NCBI RefSeq assembly: GCF_006345805.1 | Contig: NC_042997.1 | Coordinates: forward strand, 72,540,001 to 72,604,000 | Direction of reading: 5' to 3' | Length of the DNA stretch: 64,000 bases | Source: Octopus sinensis | Lineage: Eukaryota | Shown: positions 57,075-64,000 of the stretch, one piece after another | Position numbering within the stretch: the first letter of the stretch is position 1 | Layout: the number at the start of each line of letters is the position of its first letter | Program-made: the position numbers and the translations under genes | The notes under the pieces: generated by a model | What the model was told of the DNA's origin: nothing | Databases searched by the model: none | What the model saw: the letters and a program-made list of their open reading frames with translations, nothing else

Positions 57075-57122
57075 AATTCGAAGAGAATATGATACCAGAG
57101 GAGTTAGAGCTGGAGATACTAG
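57075..57122 (+). pseudogene. Dead mini-exon 20 (48 nt; acceptor AG>GG, donor GT>GA, 30-nt internal deletion)
   Basis: tttctctgg|aattcgaagagaatatgataccagaggagttagagctggagatactag|gaagta; homologous upstream intron retained. Confidence 0.7.
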
Positions 57123-57239
57123 GAAGTAATTACATATACATACATACATACATACATACATACATACACACGCACGCACATACATACATATATACATACA
57201 TACATACATACACACATATATACACTACCTCCTTATGCG

Positions 57240-57720
57240 ATGCAGCGTTGTCGAGATACAACATCCGTATGCGATACGACGTTGTGGCAAATACAATATA
57301 CAATACCACTCGAAAAAAGAGAGTCTTGGAATAAATACAGAGAATCACCCTGTTGTTGAATACATACAAAAACATCAACACAAGGAATATTGGTGGAACA
57401 CTCTTATCAAAACATCGTTCAAATGTAAACATAACACATCGCTTGTTTAAAACAGACAAGAAAAATATGTGCCGTTATAGAGGTCAACCGCCCTGCTGAT
57501 GTGAATATCACTTTGATAATCAAGTAGAAAGAGGATAACTACCCAAAACTGCTTGAAACCTCCAACTTCCATACCCAGATTATAAATTTACATTTATCAC
57601 AATAATAATCGCTACACTTGGGTTTGTGAGTAAAGGCCTAAGACAAACTGGATAAGCTAGAGTTTCAGAAAACAAAATTAAGAGGCTAACACGTATATTA
57701 TAAATACAGTTTCTAAGCCT
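57240..57720 (+). mobile_element. R4/Dong-like LINE C-terminal fragment
   Basis: RYDVVA, EYWWN, VEVNRPADVN; similar to 54480-54960. Confidence 0.55.
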
Positions 57721-58750
57721 AACTGTAAAAATATACAAGGCTTTTCTCGAGTTAAAAATGGCATTGTTTTTGTTACATTCCAGCGACGGAGCTTCGTATC
57801 TTTCTTAGAAACTAGCCTCTTCCTCAGAGGAAGAATTCAAATAATTAAGAGAAAATTACATACATACCTACATACATACGTACGTACGTACATACATACA
57901 TACATACATACATACATACATACATACATACTACATACATACATACATACATACATACATACATACATACGTACGCGTACCCATACACACTACATACAAA
58001 CAGACACACACATATACACATATACTGATGCATACATGTACACAACACACATACATATATATGCGCGTGAGTATGTGTGTGTTTACGTCACTAAGTGTAT
58101 ATTTGTATAGATGAAGCAAACATTGGAGATGCATTCTCCCTTGCAGAAAGTGAAGGAGCATCTCAATTGTATTGCAAGCTCTTCTGAATCAATCACAGTG
58201 CCGGACACACTTCTATGTTATTAGCATATATATCACAATCGTTTAATCCTTAGCCTGTACTTGTTCCTGAGAGTGGCAGTCCGGACTAAATTAGTCTTCG
58301 CATGTGGAAGGCTTCCACTTGCAGTCTCATGTCAACTTCAGCGAATTATAGTTTGTTTCAGGTGCCATACCTACCTCTTTGGTTTTTATATATTTATTTT
58401 TTTGTTTTCAGACTAAATCTTGATATTTGGTTTTCTTTAGCTAGTGAGAACTGACGAGTCTGTCCCCTTGGGGCAGAAATATACGAATTTGACGAGAAGT
58501 ATTTGAATTTGACGCGCAGTAAAGTCTCTATTCATCTTTGTATGATTATGCACGGGTTTTGTGTCTCACACAAAATGCACTTGTCGGTCACACTAGGGAA
58601 AGAAGAGTAAAAAATAAACGGAGTGTGAGTGAGAGTCAGAGGTGGTAAAGCAGAACAGCATTATTTTGCTCAGAAGCCGCAGGTATCTTAATAAAAATAT
58701 AACTGTAAATTTTTATCATAGATTGTACTTAGTTAACAGTTTCACACACT

Positions 58751-58806
<56 letters not shown>

Positions 58807-59077
58807 ACACACACACACATGAAATTAAATATTAAACACTTTTGCTTGTAAAATATTTTCGTTCACATACCATATATAATGATGTTAAGTGACTCCATTT
58901 CTTACTTTATCCATGTTATACAAAAAAAAAAAAATCTCTCAACCCTGGAATTTTTGCCTTTACAAGTAGGCTGTTATATCTTTGGCACTTATGTGAATTT
59001 TTGTTGCACTGGTACTTATTCATTTATTTTTCCTTGTTATTTGTACACATTGAAAAAATATACATATAAATAAATAA

Positions 59078-59144
<67 letters not shown>

Positions 59145-59401
59145 ATATAATATATATATATATACATACATAAAGAGAGAGAGAGAGAGAAGTGGTGTAC
59201 AGATATTGTTTGTTGCAAAAAAGAGGTAGTCAGAATTTTGGATAATTCTTCATTAGCGATTTCGTTCGTTTATCGAACTTGTCACGACAAAATCAAAATG
59301 ATAATTTTGATTTTGTCTTGACGAGTTTGATAAACAAACGAAAGCGCTAATAAAGAATTATCCACAATTCTCATTGCCTCCTTTTGCTCAATATATATAT
59401 A

Positions 59402-59444
<43 letters not shown>

Positions 59445-59751
59445 AACTAAAGTTATTGAACAAACAAATGCAAGGTCATCCGCATATCATTTCATCATTC
59501 GAACATTTAATCATAGAATATACATATAAACATCCCGCAAGATGGAACATAATTCATTTGTACAAGCATACAAGCATATAATAATAATAAGGTGCGACAA
59601 AAAATTTTTTTCATCACAGTTTAGAGTTAATACTTTAGCGATTCAGAAAAATACATTTAAAAAAAACAACAACCTAGAAAGTAAAAATATAATATAAAGT
59701 AATATATAAAAATATATAGGTATATAAAAATATATAAAATATATATATATA

Positions 59752-59922
59752 GGCGCAGGAGTGGCTGTGTGGTAAGTAGCTTGCTAACCAACCACATGGT
59801 TCCGGGTTCAGTCCCACTGCGTGGCATCTTGGGCAAGTGTCTTCTGCTATAGCCCCGGGCCGACCAATGCCTTGTGAGTGGATTTGGTAGACGGAAACTG
59901 AAAGAAGCCCGTCGTATATATG

Positions 59923-59953
<31 letters not shown>

Positions 59954-60180
59954 ATGTTTGTGTGTCTGTGTTTGTCCCCCAAGCATTGCTTGAGAACCGA
60001 TGCTGGTGTGTTTACGTCCCCGTCACTTAGCGGTTCGGCAAAAGAGACCGATAGAATAAGTACTGGGCTTACAAAGAATAAGTCCCGGGGTCGATTTGCT
60101 CGACTAAAAAAAAAAGGCGGTGCTCCAGCATGGCCGCAGTCAAATGACTGAAACAAGTAAAAGAGAAAGAGAAAAGAGAA
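59752..60180 (+). mobile_element. Full-length tRNA-headed SINE
   Basis: A box tggctgtgtggtaag, B box gggttcagtccc, conserved body, internal (TA)/(TG) tract, A-rich tail. Confidence 0.85.
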
Positions 60181-60662
60181 ATACATATAGGAGCATATAA
60201 AAAATATATAATATATATCATGTAAATAAAATAAAAGTTCATCGTTTAGAAATCTTATTAAATAATTATTGAAGTAAAAGAAGCCTTATAGTTAAAAAGG
60301 GAACCATATTTAAATCTTACTCAGTCATTTGATGGGCTCCACTACCTCAAATGTTCTTAAAATTTAAATCCGCATCTCTATCTTTATATCTCTATAATGT
60401 TGCCACTTGATGTGAAAATGTTTGTGTTAATGGAAAACCTCTATAATTGGCTGATGAGTGCTTAGCATTTTAAAACTGTTGTAATACTTACAACATTTAA
60501 TAAAATGATGTAGTACGAAACAATCGTACCAAGTTACCGGAGTCATTCTTGTTGCTTATTTTGATTATAATCACCCCACGGATTTATATGGATAACACCA
60601 TACAGAATTCTGGTGCATCTAAATTAAGTACCATATTCATTTGAATCTAAATTTTTGCTGAA

Positions 60663-60702
<40 letters not shown>

Positions 60703-60954
60703 TATGCACACATATATCAGATGTATCTGATTTTTCAGGTGCTTAGTGGTGTGTATATATGTATATATATTTATTAGATTGCTGACATTCGGCAATGGTT
60801 TCTCCCATTATGTTGGTGCGCCATTTTCTATCATTAATAAAACTATCGGTATTTTTGATGACACAAGTATGCTAGTATTCAATTAGTATACAAACGTTTG
60901 AATAATTAATATTAAAACATTCAATGGTAAATTTCCTCCTTTCTGTTTCTCTAG

Positions 60955-61029
60955 AATCTAAGGGGTACACCATACCAGGAGTGTTGGAGTCTGAGGCTGA
61001 CAAGACGGATGGTTTTGAAGTGGACCCAG
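60955..61029 (+). CDS. Divergent mini-exon 21, 75 nt, ESKGYTIPGVLESEADKTDGFEVDP
   Basis: ttcctcctttctgtttctctag acceptor, ag|gtatgaattac donor, multiple of 3, aligns to the repeat. Confidence 0.7.
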
Positions 61030-61979
61030 GTATGAATTACATGAATGTATATGTATATATATATACATTCATGCAGATATATACATACATAAACACACTC
61101 ATACATTTCTACATACATGCACACATACATACATACGCACATACACACACTCATACATACGTACATACATATATACATATGCATACATCTGTGCATATAT
61201 ACACATATATACATATATACATGCATACACTTACATGCATGCATACATACATACATACATACACACATACATGCATACATATCAATAGACTTACTAATAG
61301 ATTTATATATTTAAGCACATGTACATACTTGTATGGATATATGTGTGTGCGCGTGTATATTTATATATAAGTACAAGTGAAATTAACATGCAAAAAATGA
61401 AAGAGCTACACAGATATATCACAATCTCTTTAGATTTCATTGCAGTGTCGGAAAGGCTTCCGTTGCACTAGCAGATATCTCACTATCCCAAGCCTTTTAC
61501 CTTCCAAGCTGTACGCATTGCATGATTCATGCAGTGAAAACTGAATTAGTGAATGTTTGCAGATGCCACACTGGAATGGCCATAATTTGAATTTCCGAGT
61601 AGTTATCTTTTATGAAATGACCTCATGCAGTTGTAGACATACATAAATACATATATGTATGTATATATATATATCTGTAAATATAATGTAACAATTATTC
61701 GGTAGCCAAGATAAAACTCTGAGTTTCGGATGCCGAAGTGAAAATCCACATCAGTTATCTGGCCATCTGAAAAATGCTTGTGTTATAGACCGCTATTTAT
61801 ACAAAAGCGCTATTTCGAATGACCGCTAATTAAGATTAAAAGTTCATAGTAAACGCGTATGTATATATATATAAATGATAAGGGTAAAAAACTGATATTA
61901 ATCTGATTAATATCAAGTTAAACCAGTGGCCTAGCATATTGAAAAAATCTGAAGATTCAGAAAAATTATATTACATGCA

Positions 61980-62514
61980 TATAAGCGGGATGACCACTAG
62001 GTGGACATGCAATATGCTAAATGTAGACCCCATATGGTCTGACCATTTAAAAAAAATTGTCATGAAAATTCGGCAAACGCCGGAACGTAAGCGAGCAAGA
62101 CAAATGAAAAGACACAAAATATAATGATTAGTCACATACCAGGTTTCATTGTTACTGTTTACATATTTACATATGTAAGTGTCCGAAAATTATCAGTGCG
62201 ACCGTCATAGAAAATATAAATTGCAGAACTGTATACGAAAGAGAACATGCATTCAGTTGTCATATTTGGAGGCATATTTCAAATGTCTTCGTTTTGGCGC
62301 ACCAAGGCCGGGAATGATTCTGCAGAAAATAATTTTCTCATCGAAGCCTGCCGGTTAAAGAACATGGTTATTTAAATTTAAATAATAAGGGTAAAAAATT
62401 GAATATTAATTTGATTAGTATCAATTTAAACCGACATCCAGTATGCTAAATGTAGACCCCATATGGTCTACATTTAGCATATTGGATATCCACCAAGTGG
62501 TCATCACTCTTATA
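61980..62514. mobile_element. TA-flanked MITE-like element with internal hairpin
   Basis: tataagcgggatgaccactaggtgg inverted against ccaccaagtggtcatcactcttata. Confidence 0.55.
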
Positions 62515-62632
<118 letters not shown>

Positions 62633-62873
62633 CATAAGGGGGATCAGCCATCTGTGATCCCCCTTATGTTATAGAGCAGTTACTGTTTATATCTCGCTCA
62701 GAGATTTATTATTGTTATATATATATATATATACTAAGCAATAAAGGGTTTAGCAAAGAATTGCCTTACCACATACCGAATTTAGAAATAGCAGTCAAAG
62801 GGTTATAGCTATTTCTTCTACTAAAAAGGGAGATCTCAGTAAAAACAGCAATTGGAAGGCAGACACAAACAGG

Positions 62874-62959
<86 letters not shown>

Positions 62960-64000
62960 TATATAATATATATATATATATTCGTTTATTCTTTTACGTG
63001 TCTCGAACCTATTCGGAAATTTAGTAAGGCGGTTGGGGTTGAAAATGGTCCAAAAGTTTTTAATAGGAATGTGAAATTAGTAAAAACAGTGAAACGAATT
63101 TATTCCGTAAGAAAATTAGGGAAATATTTAAGGTTAAGAGGAGGTAATAACTAGGGTAAGGGACAAACTAGGGTTACATCGAACGTTGGACCTTAGCCTA
63201 TCTCACTTCGGACAACAGGTGGAAAGGCTTAACCACATAAATGAATAAAAATTACACTTAACCGATAAGCACTTTATTGTGATTAACACAATTAATTAAT
63301 ACTACAAACGTAATTATTATAAATTATTATGATTAATATAAAACCTTATTGCATCTTCACCCCTTCTCCGTCTAAAACCTATTGGCGTATCTCACTGTTA
63401 CATTTTGTTATTTTATTATTTATCTATCCCATCCCCACCGTACAAAGGATTAATCCACCAATTGCTATTTTTGGTTTAGTCATTTACTTATCGTCCTAAA
63501 GAGATATGCAAACAAAATGGTATGATTACAACCATATTCAACTTTTTTTCTCTTTTTTCTCTATGCACTTCTTTATTTATTCTTCACTCTGATGAAGCTC
63601 CATGTTTCAGATCGGTTTTATTACCAAATATGATAAATATTTTTAGCGTATCAGTGGCAATACCACACAACATTGGAAGCAGAAACAGTTGTTAGATATG
63701 ATGCAGTCTATTTGAATTGAATTAATAAGTAATAATTAATATAAGTCAATTGTTGTTCATCGATATTTCTCCATTTCCTGCTTTCTTTAAATTTTGATTC
63801 TTGATAAACTCATGCTTATTCTTGTCTTTACCTATAATTTATGAGCATAATATGCTTACATATGTATGCCCGTGGTTAAGTATAATTAATATACCGGTAG
63901 TGTAATGGATACTTCCAACCCTTAGACGGTTATTTTAACCTGTAAGTCAGCTAACCTATATATATATATATATGTGTGTGTGTGTATGTGCGCGCGCGCA

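Noticed and set aside
58111-58160. Possible unique exon DEANIGDAFSLAESE after ttgtatag
   Set aside because: No convincing donor site and no homologous support; needs RNA-seq.
58450-58500. CTGACGA plus a strong hairpin plus GAAA as a hammerhead; similar case at ~60450 (CTGATGAgtgcttagcat)
   Set aside because: Register of stem II and GAAA is broken and there is no NUH/stem I; at best decayed relics.
59752-59830. tRNA genes at 43382, 44455 and 59752
   Set aside because: A and B boxes are present but they continue into SINE bodies and lack a proper cloverleaf.

Overview
Eukaryotic, AT-rich, microsatellite- and transposon-dense genomic DNA. The SINE families and (TA)n/(CA)n/(ACAT)n/(TATC)n density suggest a coleoid cephalopod, probably octopus (inference). 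Almost all ORFs in the supplied track are microsatellite read-throughs or transposon debris. Hidden among them on the + strand is the middle of one large spliced gene built from 21 tandem copies of a ~78-nt phase-1/phase-1 mini-exon (ttctctag|AATTCGAGGAG...GAGACACCAG|gtatga). Each copy encodes a 26-aa, ~40-45% Glu module such as EFEETTSAEELESVVEETENLELETP. Nineteen copies are intact (78, 75 or 63 nt, all multiples of 3, no stops, AG/GT intact) and give ~488 aa of acidic repeat. One copy has a 5-nt frameshifting duplication and one has lost both splice sites. Ten copies were generated recently by a ~4-kb tandem array (8.8-26.3 kb) that also co-amplified a SINE, a fold-back element, a CR1-like LINE tail and a hammerhead-like motif. 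The introns hold Penelope-like elements (one with an adjacent type I hammerhead ribozyme), HERO-like and R4/Dong-like REL-endonuclease LINEs, Tc1 and MULE relics, a non-autonomous TIR element with an 8-bp TSD, and several tRNA-headed SINEs. The gene's start, end and identity lie outside what can be determined here.
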